A DNA stretch of 25,880 nt from a virus. Its lineage: Duplodnaviria > Caudoviricetes. A program made the translations under genes and the position numbers. The notes under the pieces were generated by a model. It saw only the letters and a list, made by a program, of their open reading frames with translations. It did no database searches and was not told the DNA's origin. Shown piece by piece: positions 9,200-18,943 of the stretch. The number at the start of each line of letters is the position of its first letter. The first letter of the stretch is position 1. The DNA is taken from positions 1 to 25,880 of the IMG/VR virus record IMGVR_UViG_3300030376_007868; one strand, 5' to 3'.

Positions 9200-12100
9200 A
9201 TGCCGGATTTAAATCGTAAGTTTTACGCAGGTAAAATGAATAAGGATCTAGACGAAAGACTAGTTCCCAATGGAGAGTATAGAGACGCTATGAATGTTCA
9301 AGTGTCAACTTCAGATAATTCTGATGTTGGCTCTATACAAAACCTTTTGGGAAACATAGATGTTTCGTCTAATTTTTTTACAGATCCACAAGGTAGTGTT
9401 TTAAATTCTGCTCTACTAGAAACTTATGGTTTTTATTGTGTTGGTAGTGTTACTGACGATAAAAACGACAGATTATACTGGATGGTGTCTGGTCTTGGAA
9501 TAGACTTTATTGCTGAATACGATTATAAAACAAAAAAAGTATCACCTATTGTTGTTGACATATTTCAAAATAATGTATCACCAGGTGGTGACGGTAGGGT
9601 TTTACATTTTGATAAAAGCTATTTAATTACTGGTATTAATATAATAGAGGACACGTTGTTTTGGACAGATAATAATACAGAACCAAAAAGAATAAAAATA
9701 TCAGAAATTAGAATTGGTACAACTGATTTTTTAACTCACACACAGTTTTATGTACCAAATCCAAATAAAGGCCCCGCATCAACCTCAACTCCTTTTGTGT
9801 CTGCTGGTGATTTAAAGCATGAGCATATAACGGTTATTAGAAAAGGCCCGCAAAAACCTCCAACGTTAGAAATGAAAAATACAAGACGTGAGGATGTAAC
9901 AGGGTCTGGGCCAATACGAGGAGAAATAACAACAACTATAGAGCAAGCTAGTGGTCTTTCTTATCTTTTTGATGTTGCTACAGGAACGTTTATAAATCCT
10001 CCTGGAGGTGTATCTATCACGTTTGACACGGCTCCAGATTTTATTGAAGGAGATAAATTAGTTATAGAATCTAAAAAACCGGGTACTAATGTTTTGAAAA
10101 AAACAAAAATTATTGTTGAGGTAGTAGGTGCTATTTCTTACTCCGCACCTCCCAACTCACAGTTAACATGTAATGTAAAAGTACTTAGTATGGATAAAAA
10201 TATAGATTTATCTAATACTTCTTATTACGTTTCTTTACTTCAAGATACCCCATTGTTTGAATTTGTTTTTCCTAGGTTTGGATGTAGATACAAATACAAA
10301 GATGGCGAGTACTCTGCTTTTTCACCGTTTTCAGAAGTAGCGTTTTTACCTGGGCGATATGATTATCTACCTAAAGAAGGTTATAATTTAGCAATGGTGA
10401 ATACAGTGAGAGCACTTGGGGTTTGCAACTTTGTAGACGCTCGTTCTATACCTAAAGACGTTGTTTCTATTGATATACTTTATAAGGAGTCTAACTCTCC
10501 AAATGTGTACTCTATAAAAACCGTAGATAAAGTTGCTATAGAAGAAGGTGTTTACGATTCTTGGAACGCTATTTCACCAACAGAAATGAGAGACCCAAAC
10601 TTAATTGCAAAACAATTAACATATGGTTATTTAGACGTAGAAGCAGAAATGATTCACTCTATACTTCCTTCAAATCAACTTTTAAGAGGTTGGGATAATG
10701 TACCTAGAAAAGCACTTGCACAAGAAGTTATTGGTAATAGACTTGTTTATGCAAATTATTTACAAAATTACAATGTTTTCTCATCTGCACTACAAAGACC
10801 ATCCGCTCTTTACAACGACATTAATTATCAAGACGCTGTATTAAGGCCTTCTAAAAATATAGAAGTAGACGTAAAACTTAGTTATGATTCCACCCTTGAT
10901 GTAGGAACTATTATACCTGAACAACTCGATGCTGGTAAAGCGTATACTTATAAGTCTGCAAAAACAATAAAATCTCTTAGAACGTATCAAGTTGGAGTTG
11001 TTTACATTGATGAGTTTGGAAGAGAAACACCTGTATTTTCAGATCAAAAAAGTAATAAAAACACAACGTATGTACCAAAAGAAAGCGCACATAAACAAAC
11101 AAAATTAAACGCTCAAATTTTTAGTTCCACACCTGACTTTGCAAAAAACTTTAAATTTTTAATTAAAGAAACTTCAAGCGAGTATTATAACTTAGCTATG
11201 GACAGGTGGTACTTTGCTGACGATGGTAACATTTGGGTTTCTTTTCCTTCTTCTGATAGAAGTAAGGTAGATATAGAAACATTTTTAATATTAAAAAAAG
11301 CTCACGAATCTTCCGAGGTAATAACAGATTTAGCAAGATATAAAATACTAGATATTGATAATGAGGCTCCTAAATTTATAAAAACCAAAAGAACTGCTGT
11401 AAGAACTGTAAATAGTGGTTTTGTAGATGTTGCAAACAATATACCTATTATAATGCCGAATGGTACATCTGATGGTAATTTCCCTTATATAGACGGAACT
11501 TTTATACAGATACATGATGATGTTTTTGGTCCTCAAGTAAGATTATGGGATGCTGAAACTGAAGCAACTGAAAAACAATTTAGATTAGTCTCTCCTGAAG
11601 GTGCTAGTGATTGGTATGATGTTAAGAGTTGGGAAAATCCTAATTTTCAATCTGGCTCTACTACAGCTTCAACCGCTACTATTGGAGTTGGTGGATATTG
11701 GAATATAAAATCTTCAAGAAAATTTGGAGTTGATATGTCCATAACAACACCTTTTGCGGCGCCTATTTCAACAGTTGAAAAAGCTTACGCCAACATTAAA
11801 GTTGAGTTTATTAAAAAAGAAGAGAAAAATTTACCAGAATTTGAAGGTAGATTTTTTGTTAAAATATTAAAAGATGCGCAATTACAACAGTATATCATAG
11901 GTTATGCTGACACATCTACTACGTACACATCTATTAATCAAATAGTTTGCCAATACATAAACCCTATGGACCCAGAGGTTCAAGCAGGTGGTGAATTAGA
12001 TGATGGTACTCAGTTTTACAACTGCGAAAAAGATAAAATATCTATAGACAATAGTAATACAACTACGGGTCTACATCCATTAATAGGAAATGGCCACGGT

Positions 12101-15100
12101 CATTATTTTTGGCAAAGCGCTGGTGACACGGAGCATACAACGAGCGAATCTAGCGGTTGGTTTATAGACAAAATAGAAGCCTTTAGGCCGTTTGCTTATA
12201 ATGCTTATTATTTTGATAGATCTGATGAACACTCGAAAATAAGTCTTTTCAATAGCCCAGTTCTTAGTGTCCCAGCAGGTAAAAGAGCACCGTATCAAGA
12301 GCCAACTCTTTTTGATTTTAGTACCATGGGTTCACCATGGGAAGCTGGTTGGGACGATGGTCATGGTACTACTTGGAACGCTCCAAATAGAGCGTTGGGA
12401 ATAAAAGCACAGCTTTATGGTGCGGGACAAACTGATAGATCTTGGAGCGATGGATGGTTTGAGCCTCTCACACCTCCAGCTTGGGGGGTAGGTTTTCCAA
12501 CTGGAAATAATTTTGGATTGGCTTGGGATACACCAGGTCCACCAGCAACAAGTGTGCCGGGTTATGTAACTCCTTATAATTATATAGAAATGACTGATCG
12601 TGCTGGTGATAAAGCAAAACAACTTCAATTAATTGGTGATTGTACTAATTATCGCAACGGTCAAGGTGCGCCGCATAAAGGATATTTAGGTCACGATGAT
12701 ATTGCAACACCAGTTAGATACATTAGCGCAACTGGAGAGTGGCACCCTGTGCTTGAGTTTGCTAAAGAACCAGCATCGGGTAGTAGAAATCAAAACGGTA
12801 GAATATTACCAGCTGTTGGCGTTGATCAAGTTAATAATATTATAACTCTTTCTTACGCTGGTATAGGTAATTCAAAAAACTATACAGATAAACATTGGAA
12901 TGGTTTTGAAAATACTGACGGATCAGAAACTCTTAAATCGTATTTTACGCACACTGCCTGGGGTGGTACATATGTGTCACACCAAACTTTTATAGATTCT
13001 ATTACCACTCCTGGAACAATATGGAGATGGAAACAAGATCCTAGTCAAGTTGTATATCAAACACAACAGTTAGATGCGGCTAGTGGACATGGTTCTAACT
13101 CTAGCGTTAGCCAAAACACATGGAATTACAACGAGGTTGATTATGCTGACTGGAACTCTTCAACGGCAAAAGGTGTTGAGCTTTTTAATTATACTAAAAT
13201 ACAAGATTATCTTACTTATCATTTTTTAGAAATACAAAGAATGTCTACGAGCACAGCACATTGTTACGCACCAAGAGCTAATTGGGCAACTCAAGCTATA
13301 GGTAATTATTCCACTCCAGAGAGCACTGGGATAGGAAGTAATTTATGTATACCGATGTCGCAGTCTTTTTATTCTTATTCTGCAGAAAAGTCATTCTTTC
13401 CTAGATTTAACTCAACTGACGACGCTGTGCCTGCTCAAGGTATCACTGCTGAAGATCGTAGAAGTAGAAGGTGGCCTATGTTTACCTCAGACTGGGACTC
13501 AGCATCAAATAGAAGAAGACGTTATACAATACATGCGAAACCTTTACCTTATCAATTTACTGGTACAGCATATGAAACAGACGGTACTGAAAAAATTGGA
13601 GATATAGGTCCACATTTTTATTCCCCAACAAACAACTCGGCTCTTGATCCGCATTTTGATCATAATGGAGATGTTCTTACTACGATACCAGCTACAAAAG
13701 CGCCTGGTATACGCCCAGATGGTATGTACACAGGCCGTCCTCATTTAACCGACCAATCACTTGGTATTACAACGATTCCAGGTTTAAAAACTTTAAATAC
13801 AGATACAAATAAAGTAGGTCGAGCACCTGGAAGTGTTATTTGGCAAATACTAGATAATTATGTTGAAGACGGGGCTAGCGAAGGTTATTTTAGTCAAAAC
13901 CCTGGTGTTTGGGAAACAGAACCTAAAGAAAAATTAGGATTAGAAATATATCACGAGGTAGGACAGATATACCCAACAGAGTTAAATGAAACAAATTTAG
14001 AGCAATTTTTTGGACCTATTTATCAAGGAGATCCTACTGTTGATCCATCTTACTTAATTAAAAACAGTAAAGTAACTTGTTTTCAACCACCACCTGTTAC
14101 TTTAACACCTACCGGTAGTCCAAAAGCTTTAAGTACCAATGCTGGTAATGGAGATCAAGATTTTGATATTAGAGTGCAACGGGTGGTTTGGAATGGTGAC
14201 AAGGCATATGTTTGGCTTATGGATGTTAACGGTAACGCGTTAACAAGTATAGGTGGTACAGTTGCCCCAGCAAAAGACGAAACTTTAATATTCACTAGAG
14301 CAGACGGAAGTAAAACTCAAGTAAATGTAAAAAGTGTAGTGTCAACATTTGTACAGATTTATGAAGTGCATCTTGATACTCATAACTACGAAGTAACATT
14401 GCCTTTTTTCAACGCTTATTCATTTGGAAATGGTGTTGAATCAGACCGTATTAGAGATGATTTTAATCAAGTTACTATAGATAATGGACCAAAAGTTTCT
14501 GCAGTTCTTGAAGAACCATATTTAGAAGAAAATAGATCAAGCGGTTTAATATATTCTGGTATATACAACTCAATGAGTGGTGTCAATAATCTTAATCAAT
14601 TTATTCAAGCAGAAAAAATAACAAAAGATTTAAACCCAAGTTATGGTAGTATACAAAAATTATTTGCTAGAAATACAGACCTAGTTACATTTTGTGAAGA
14701 TAAAGTATTTAAAATACTAGCCAATAAAGATGCCTTGTTTAACGCTGATGGAAATGCCAACTTAACAGCAACAGAAAACGTATTAGGACAAACGGTTCCT
14801 TTTGTTGGGGATTATGGTATATCTAAAAATCCAGAATCATTTGCGGCAGATGCTTTTAGATTATATTTCACAGATAGAACAAGAGGTAATGTTTTAAGAT
14901 TATCACAAGATGGTATTACTTCAATATCTGATTACGGTATGAAGGACTGGTTTAATGATAATTTAACAGGCGCCAGTAGAGTTATAGGTAGTTTTGACGA
15001 TAAAAAAAGTGAGTATAATATAAGTTTAGATTATTACAACTACGAGAGCTATGAAGTTGGAATTATAGGAAATCCTAATATTGGACCCGCTATTCCAGGC

Positions 15101-18100
15101 ACAACCACGCCATTGACTTATGTAGTAACTAACGAGTTAGCAGTTTCTTACGAGGTTGCTAACAATATGGAAGTAGATGATACTATATTTGGAAATGGAA
15201 TACCAGTTGGAACAACAGTTGTTTCTAAACAAAACTTAGGTGGAGGACAGTGGAAGATTTATATGAGCGCACCTGGTGACAATACTGTTTTAGGTTCTTA
15301 TGTTTCATACGGTGTTCAGCAAGCTGGAGTTCCTGGTCCTGTTATATGGAAAACTAAAGTTTACAGTTCTAAAGACGATCTACAAGCATACACACTATCT
15401 TACTCAGATTCTGTTAGAGGTTGGCCTAGTTTTAAATCTTTTTATTATGAAAATGGTTTAAGTTTAAACAATGATTATTTTACTATTAAAGGAGGTCAAC
15501 TATATCAACACCATGCCAACGATTCGCACAACACTTTTTACGATGAGTTTGCAGAGTCTAGCGTTGAGGTTTTATTTAACGAACAATCTGGCTCAGTTAA
15601 AAGCTTTCAAACTCTTGATTACGAAGGTACACAGTCTAAAGTTACATCTGATGGTGGTTTAAATGAAACAAGCAACTCTGCGGAATACTGGGATAATTAC
15701 GATAAATTAGGTTGGTATGTTGATAACATGTTTACAGATTTACAAGAAGCAGAGCCTGCTGAATTTAAAAACAAAGAGGGTAAATGGTTTTCTACAGTAA
15801 AAGGAGTTGCTACAGAGTGGTTAGATGATGGGGCTGCTGGAAATATAGATACTAAAGAATTTTCATATCAAGGTATAGATGAAGCAAGTGAGATTACAGT
15901 TCTTGATGAAGATGGTGGTTATACTTCTTGGGATTGTCAACCTATCAATGGTGGTTATCTTGGTTCTTGTTGTGTTGACAGCAATGGTAATCCACTGCCG
16001 GTTTATCCAACTATTTTACAAAGCAATCCACCTGTTGTTCCAAACACTCTTATTGCACCTGCTAGTCCTTTAGCTTATCAAATTATGAGTCTTTTATTTG
16101 ATAATCCTACTATTTTAGTTAATAACACTGTTTTTGAGTACGATGATGGTACAGCTGGCTCTATTTGGTGCTCTGCTTTTGGTGGTGGCGCATTAATAGA
16201 TGGCAGTGTATATCCTAACTCTCAACTACAACCTTTTGTAGACATACACTCAAACCCTGGTCCACTTACGGGTGGAACTCAATATGTCGATAATATTACT
16301 CTTCAACCAGCCGCTCCAGGACAAGTAGATTCTTATACTGCAAATCCAGATTATGCAAACACTACTGACCACCGCGTAGTTTACACTAATATAAACTATT
16401 TAGTTCAGTGGTGTTCTACATACTTAGATTCAAATGTATTTTATTTGGGCATGAGTTTTCACGATTGGTACAACGCTATGGCCGGAAGCTCTCATGGAGG
16501 ATCTTTACCTGGTCAATTTGTTTATGCTGGTGTTTACGCAAACGTAACAAATCCTTGTGCTAGCGGTGGTGCTGTACAACCAGGATCTTTTAACTGTATT
16601 GAAGTACAGGGCTTAAGCGGTGCTTATCCTAACGAAGCTGCATGTTTGGCAGACCCTGATTCTGAGTGTAATCCAGATTGCCAAACTGACAACGATGTTA
16701 CAGTGCACACTGTAGACGCTTTTGTATCTTCTTGTATTAACGGTAGGGTTTCTGTGGAGGTTTATTTAGCTGGTAATGCTACTAGTTGGTCTGTAGAATA
16801 TTTTTACTCTGCAAATGACGCACCTGTATATTATCTTGTAGATAATAATAGTTATACTCATAATGGTTTTTCTAATGATTTAATGGGTGCTCAAGGTAGT
16901 TACTACGCTATAGTTACCGATGACTTAGGCTGTACAGTGAAAAAATACTTTACAATAGGATGTAATCCTGTTGCACAACCTTGTTCTCCAACAAATCCAC
17001 ACTCTTTTAATGGTCCTTTAATACAAAATCCTCAAGATCTCAATAATACAGGTTGTTGGGAGACTGGTGATCCAAATGTAAGTACAGAAAGTGGTAGCAT
17101 TACGTTTATAAATACTTCTCTAGTATCTCCAGCAACATCTTGGGGATATGAACTTTATGTAGTTATAAATGGAAACGCCACTATAATTGCTAGTGATACT
17201 GGTTTGCTAGCTGGTGGACCAAACGAAAAAATTGACGGTCTTGAAAATGGAGATTACGTATACCGAATAACTGACGATAATTGTGAATACGAGTATGTTC
17301 CATTTACATTAGACTGTACTGATGCTGCTGCTCCGTGTGATCCACCAGTACTTGGTCAATCAAGCACAAGTACAACAATGAGTACTAGTAATGATAATTG
17401 TGTAACAGATAACAGCGATGGTAAACACGAACTTTTAAATGTTTTATCTGCTCCTACAGGCTCATATTATACCGCGTACTACCGTTATGACAATACACAA
17501 TACTCATCTTGGCCGGGTTTTGCTAATGCAACAATAATGGGCACAGTTCAAGGACCTTTCACATCTACAGCACCAATTGGCGCAAATCCTAATATTGTAA
17601 GTCGTTCTGGTTTATCAGACTCTATTTTAAGTGGTAATAACTATGTGATTGTAGTTTCAAACGATATAGATTTTGAATGTGCAAGTGTAAATGAGTTTAC
17701 AATTAACTGTGATGATACTGAACCTGTTGACCCTTGTGTAGGTGAGAATAATGTGAGTTTAGGCCCTAAAGTTACAGGTGCTATTATAAACGCGACTAGT
17801 TATGATTGTGATGCAGCTAGTCCAATTTACGTATCTTACGGCTCTCATACTCTTACTACTGTGCAAACACAACCTGCAGCACAAGGATTTACAGTTGAAT
17901 ATTTTTCTCCAGCAGGCTTTAATATAACAGCCCAAGCTGGTGGTGTTCAAAGTTTTAGCGCTGGAGCAACGATGGTGCAAGCAAACGGTCATGATTTCTT
18001 AATGCCCGGCGGTCCTTACACTTGTGTTATAACAGACAATTTAGGCTGCTCTACAACAATAACGTTTGTGGTAAAGTGCGAACAAATAGTAGGTGTAGAT

Positions 18101-18940
18101 CCTACTTATGATTGTAATAATGGCTGTAACCCAAGCACGCTACCAATTTCAACAGCAGCGCCATTTACTATTTTTAGTAGTTATGCTGCTTGTATAGCTA
18201 GTGATTGTTATACGTCTCAAGTGTGCACAGGACAACCCTGGGTTGGTTGTTGCGATTATGTGCAAAATACTGGTCAAGGATACCCTCCTTCACCAAGTGT
18301 TGGAGATAGTGGTCCAAATATAGATCCTGTAACTGGAGTTGGCAAATCTTGCTATGAAGATCCTTGTTGCGATTGTTGTGGGGAAAATAATTTGGGAGCC
18401 ACTGCAAGCGGTTTGTATCCTATACCACATCCATCAAACCAAAATTATTTACATCAATCTTGTCAAGGCGCACATTGGGACTTTCCTAATAACACTGGAC
18501 CTATTTGTGTAGAACCTAACTTGAGTTGCTTTACTAAAAATGATTCAGTTGAAATGTTTGATGGTGCATTAAAACCTATAAGTGAGATTAAAATTGGTGA
18601 TGAAGTAAAATCTATTAAAAATGGTAAAACTACAAAAGGTATTGTAACAGAATCGTTAGTACATCCATTTAACAATACAACTGAAGTTGTAAAAATAAAC
18701 GGTATAACTGCAGAACCTTATCACCCTGTCTACATAGATGGTAAATGGATACCTATTAAAGAATTAGGCGAAACAACTTATCAATTTATTGATAGTTGGT
18801 ACAACTTAGAAATAGATGGTAATATTGATGATAGTGAACATAATTATATTATTGGCGGTATAATTGCCTCTGGACTAGGTGATAACGAAAAACTTAACAA
18901 CAAGTACAAACGTCAACCCAAACAAATATTTAACTTGTAA
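9200..18940 (+). CDS. Giant tail stabilisation/nozzle protein (P22 gp10 / crAss muzzle-like) with a Cys-rich, SprB-like C-terminal extension and a terminal Hint domain (3246 aa)
   Basis: Family-type motifs GKMNKDLDERLVPNGEYRDAMN, LFWTDNNTEPKRI, VPRKALAQEVIGNRLVYANY, FGNGVESDRIRDDFN, GDYGISKNPESFA, FKNKEGKWF. After KEFSYQGID (~15880) come about 1000 aa of Cys-rich repeats. Hint domain starts at Cys3110 (18527). Confidence 0.8.
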   Translation: MPDLNRKFYAGKMNKDLDERLVPNGEYRDAMNVQVSTSDNSDVGSIQNLLGNIDVSSNFFTDPQGSVLNSALLETYGFYCVGSVTDDKNDRLYWMVSGLGIDFIAEYDYKTKKVSPIVVDIFQNNVSPGGDGRVLHFDKSYLITGINIIEDTLFWTDNNTEPKRIKISEIRIGTTDFLTHTQFYVPNPNKGPASTSTPFVSAGDLKHEHITVIRKGPQKPPTLEMKNTRREDVTGSGPIRGEITTTIEQASGLSYLFDVATGTFINPPGGVSITFDTAPDFIEGDKLVIESKKPGTNVLKKTKIIVEVVGAISYSAPPNSQLTCNVKVLSMDKNIDLSNTSYYVSLLQDTPLFEFVFPRFGCRYKYKDGEYSAFSPFSEVAFLPGRYDYLPKEGYNLAMVNTVRALGVCNFVDARSIPKDVVSIDILYKESNSPNVYSIKTVDKVAIEEGVYDSWNAISPTEMRDPNLIAKQLTYGYLDVEAEMIHSILPSNQLLRGWDNVPRKALAQEVIGNRLVYANYLQNYNVFSSALQRPSALYNDINYQDAVLRPSKNIEVDVKLSYDSTLDVGTIIPEQLDAGKAYTYKSAKTIKSLRTYQVGVVYIDEFGRETPVFSDQKSNKNTTYVPKESAHKQTKLNAQIFSSTPDFAKNFKFLIKETSSEYYNLAMDRWYFADDGNIWVSFPSSDRSKVDIETFLILKKAHESSEVITDLARYKILDIDNEAPKFIKTKRTAVRTVNSGFVDVANNIPIIMPNGTSDGNFPYIDGTFIQIHDDVFGPQVRLWDAETEATEKQFRLVSPEGASDWYDVKSWENPNFQSGSTTASTATIGVGGYWNIKSSRKFGVDMSITTPFAAPISTVEKAYANIKVEFIKKEEKNLPEFEGRFFVKILKDAQLQQYIIGYADTSTTYTSINQIVCQYINPMDPEVQAGGELDDGTQFYNCEKDKISIDNSNTTTGLHPLIGNGHGHYFWQSAGDTEHTTSESSGWFIDKIEAFRPFAYNAYYFDRSDEHSKISLFNSPVLSVPAGKRAPYQEPTLFDFSTMGSPWEAGWDDGHGTTWNAPNRALGIKAQLYGAGQTDRSWSDGWFEPLTPPAWGVGFPTGNNFGLAWDTPGPPATSVPGYVTPYNYIEMTDRAGDKAKQLQLIGDCTNYRNGQGAPHKGYLGHDDIATPVRYISATGEWHPVLEFAKEPASGSRNQNGRILPAVGVDQVNNIITLSYAGIGNSKNYTDKHWNGFENTDGSETLKSYFTHTAWGGTYVSHQTFIDSITTPGTIWRWKQDPSQVVYQTQQLDAASGHGSNSSVSQNTWNYNEVDYADWNSSTAKGVELFNYTKIQDYLTYHFLEIQRMSTSTAHCYAPRANWATQAIGNYSTPESTGIGSNLCIPMSQSFYSYSAEKSFFPRFNSTDDAVPAQGITAEDRRSRRWPMFTSDWDSASNRRRRYTIHAKPLPYQFTGTAYETDGTEKIGDIGPHFYSPTNNSALDPHFDHNGDVLTTIPATKAPGIRPDGMYTGRPHLTDQSLGITTIPGLKTLNTDTNKVGRAPGSVIWQILDNYVEDGASEGYFSQNPGVWETEPKEKLGLEIYHEVGQIYPTELNETNLEQFFGPIYQGDPTVDPSYLIKNSKVTCFQPPPVTLTPTGSPKALSTNAGNGDQDFDIRVQRVVWNGDKAYVWLMDVNGNALTSIGGTVAPAKDETLIFTRADGSKTQVNVKSVVSTFVQIYEVHLDTHNYEVTLPFFNAYSFGNGVESDRIRDDFNQVTIDNGPKVSAVLEEPYLEENRSSGLIYSGIYNSMSGVNNLNQFIQAEKITKDLNPSYGSIQKLFARNTDLVTFCEDKVFKILANKDALFNADGNANLTATENVLGQTVPFVGDYGISKNPESFAADAFRLYFTDRTRGNVLRLSQDGITSISDYGMKDWFNDNLTGASRVIGSFDDKKSEYNISLDYYNYESYEVGIIGNPNIGPAIPGTTTPLTYVVTNELAVSYEVANNMEVDDTIFGNGIPVGTTVVSKQNLGGGQWKIYMSAPGDNTVLGSYVSYGVQQAGVPGPVIWKTKVYSSKDDLQAYTLSYSDSVRGWPSFKSFYYENGLSLNNDYFTIKGGQLYQHHANDSHNTFYDEFAESSVEVLFNEQSGSVKSFQTLDYEGTQSKVTSDGGLNETSNSAEYWDNYDKLGWYVDNMFTDLQEAEPAEFKNKEGKWFSTVKGVATEWLDDGAAGNIDTKEFSYQGIDEASEITVLDEDGGYTSWDCQPINGGYLGSCCVDSNGNPLPVYPTILQSNPPVVPNTLIAPASPLAYQIMSLLFDNPTILVNNTVFEYDDGTAGSIWCSAFGGGALIDGSVYPNSQLQPFVDIHSNPGPLTGGTQYVDNITLQPAAPGQVDSYTANPDYANTTDHRVVYTNINYLVQWCSTYLDSNVFYLGMSFHDWYNAMAGSSHGGSLPGQFVYAGVYANVTNPCASGGAVQPGSFNCIEVQGLSGAYPNEAACLADPDSECNPDCQTDNDVTVHTVDAFVSSCINGRVSVEVYLAGNATSWSVEYFYSANDAPVYYLVDNNSYTHNGFSNDLMGAQGSYYAIVTDDLGCTVKKYFTIGCNPVAQPCSPTNPHSFNGPLIQNPQDLNNTGCWETGDPNVSTESGSITFINTSLVSPATSWGYELYVVINGNATIIASDTGLLAGGPNEKIDGLENGDYVYRITDDNCEYEYVPFTLDCTDAAAPCDPPVLGQSSTSTTMSTSNDNCVTDNSDGKHELLNVLSAPTGSYYTAYYRYDNTQYSSWPGFANATIMGTVQGPFTSTAPIGANPNIVSRSGLSDSILSGNNYVIVVSNDIDFECASVNEFTINCDDTEPVDPCVGENNVSLGPKVTGAIINATSYDCDAASPIYVSYGSHTLTTVQTQPAAQGFTVEYFSPAGFNITAQAGGVQSFSAGATMVQANGHDFLMPGGPYTCVITDNLGCSTTITFVVKCEQIVGVDPTYDCNNGCNPSTLPISTAAPFTIFSSYAACIASDCYTSQVCTGQPWVGCCDYVQNTGQGYPPSPSVGDSGPNIDPVTGVGKSCYEDPCCDCCGENNLGATASGLYPIPHPSNQNYLHQSCQGAHWDFPNNTGPICVEPNLSCFTKNDSVEMFDGALKPISEIKIGDEVKSIKNGKTTKGIVTESLVHPFNNTTEVVKINGITAEPYHPVYIDGKWIPIKELGETTYQFIDSWYNLEIDGNIDDSEHNYIIGGIIASGLGDNEKLNNKYKRQPKQIFNL
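16679..18079 (+). repeat. Four degenerate SprB-like / Ig-like protein repeats (about 95-125 aa each)
   Basis: Repeat ends: GSYYAIVTDDLGCTVKKYFTIGC, GDYVYRITDDNCEYEYVPFTLDC, NNYVIVVSNDIDFECASVNEFTINC, GPYTCVITDNLGCSTTITFVVKC. These match the G-x-Y-x-V-x-V-T-D-x-x-G-C end of SprB repeats. Confidence 0.7.
18527..18940 (+). other. C-terminal Hint (hedgehog/intein-like) autoprocessing domain, non-splicing type
   Basis: Block A CFTKNDSVEMFDGALKPISEIKIGDEV, block B AEPYHPVY, block F WYNLEI...HNYIIGG. Ends IASGLG rather than the His-Asn splice junction. Confidence 0.85.
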
Positions 18941-18943
18941 TAA

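Noticed and set aside
18527-18940. Mobile splicing intein
   Set aside because: No terminal His-Asn plus nucleophile, no homing endonuclease and essentially no C-extein.
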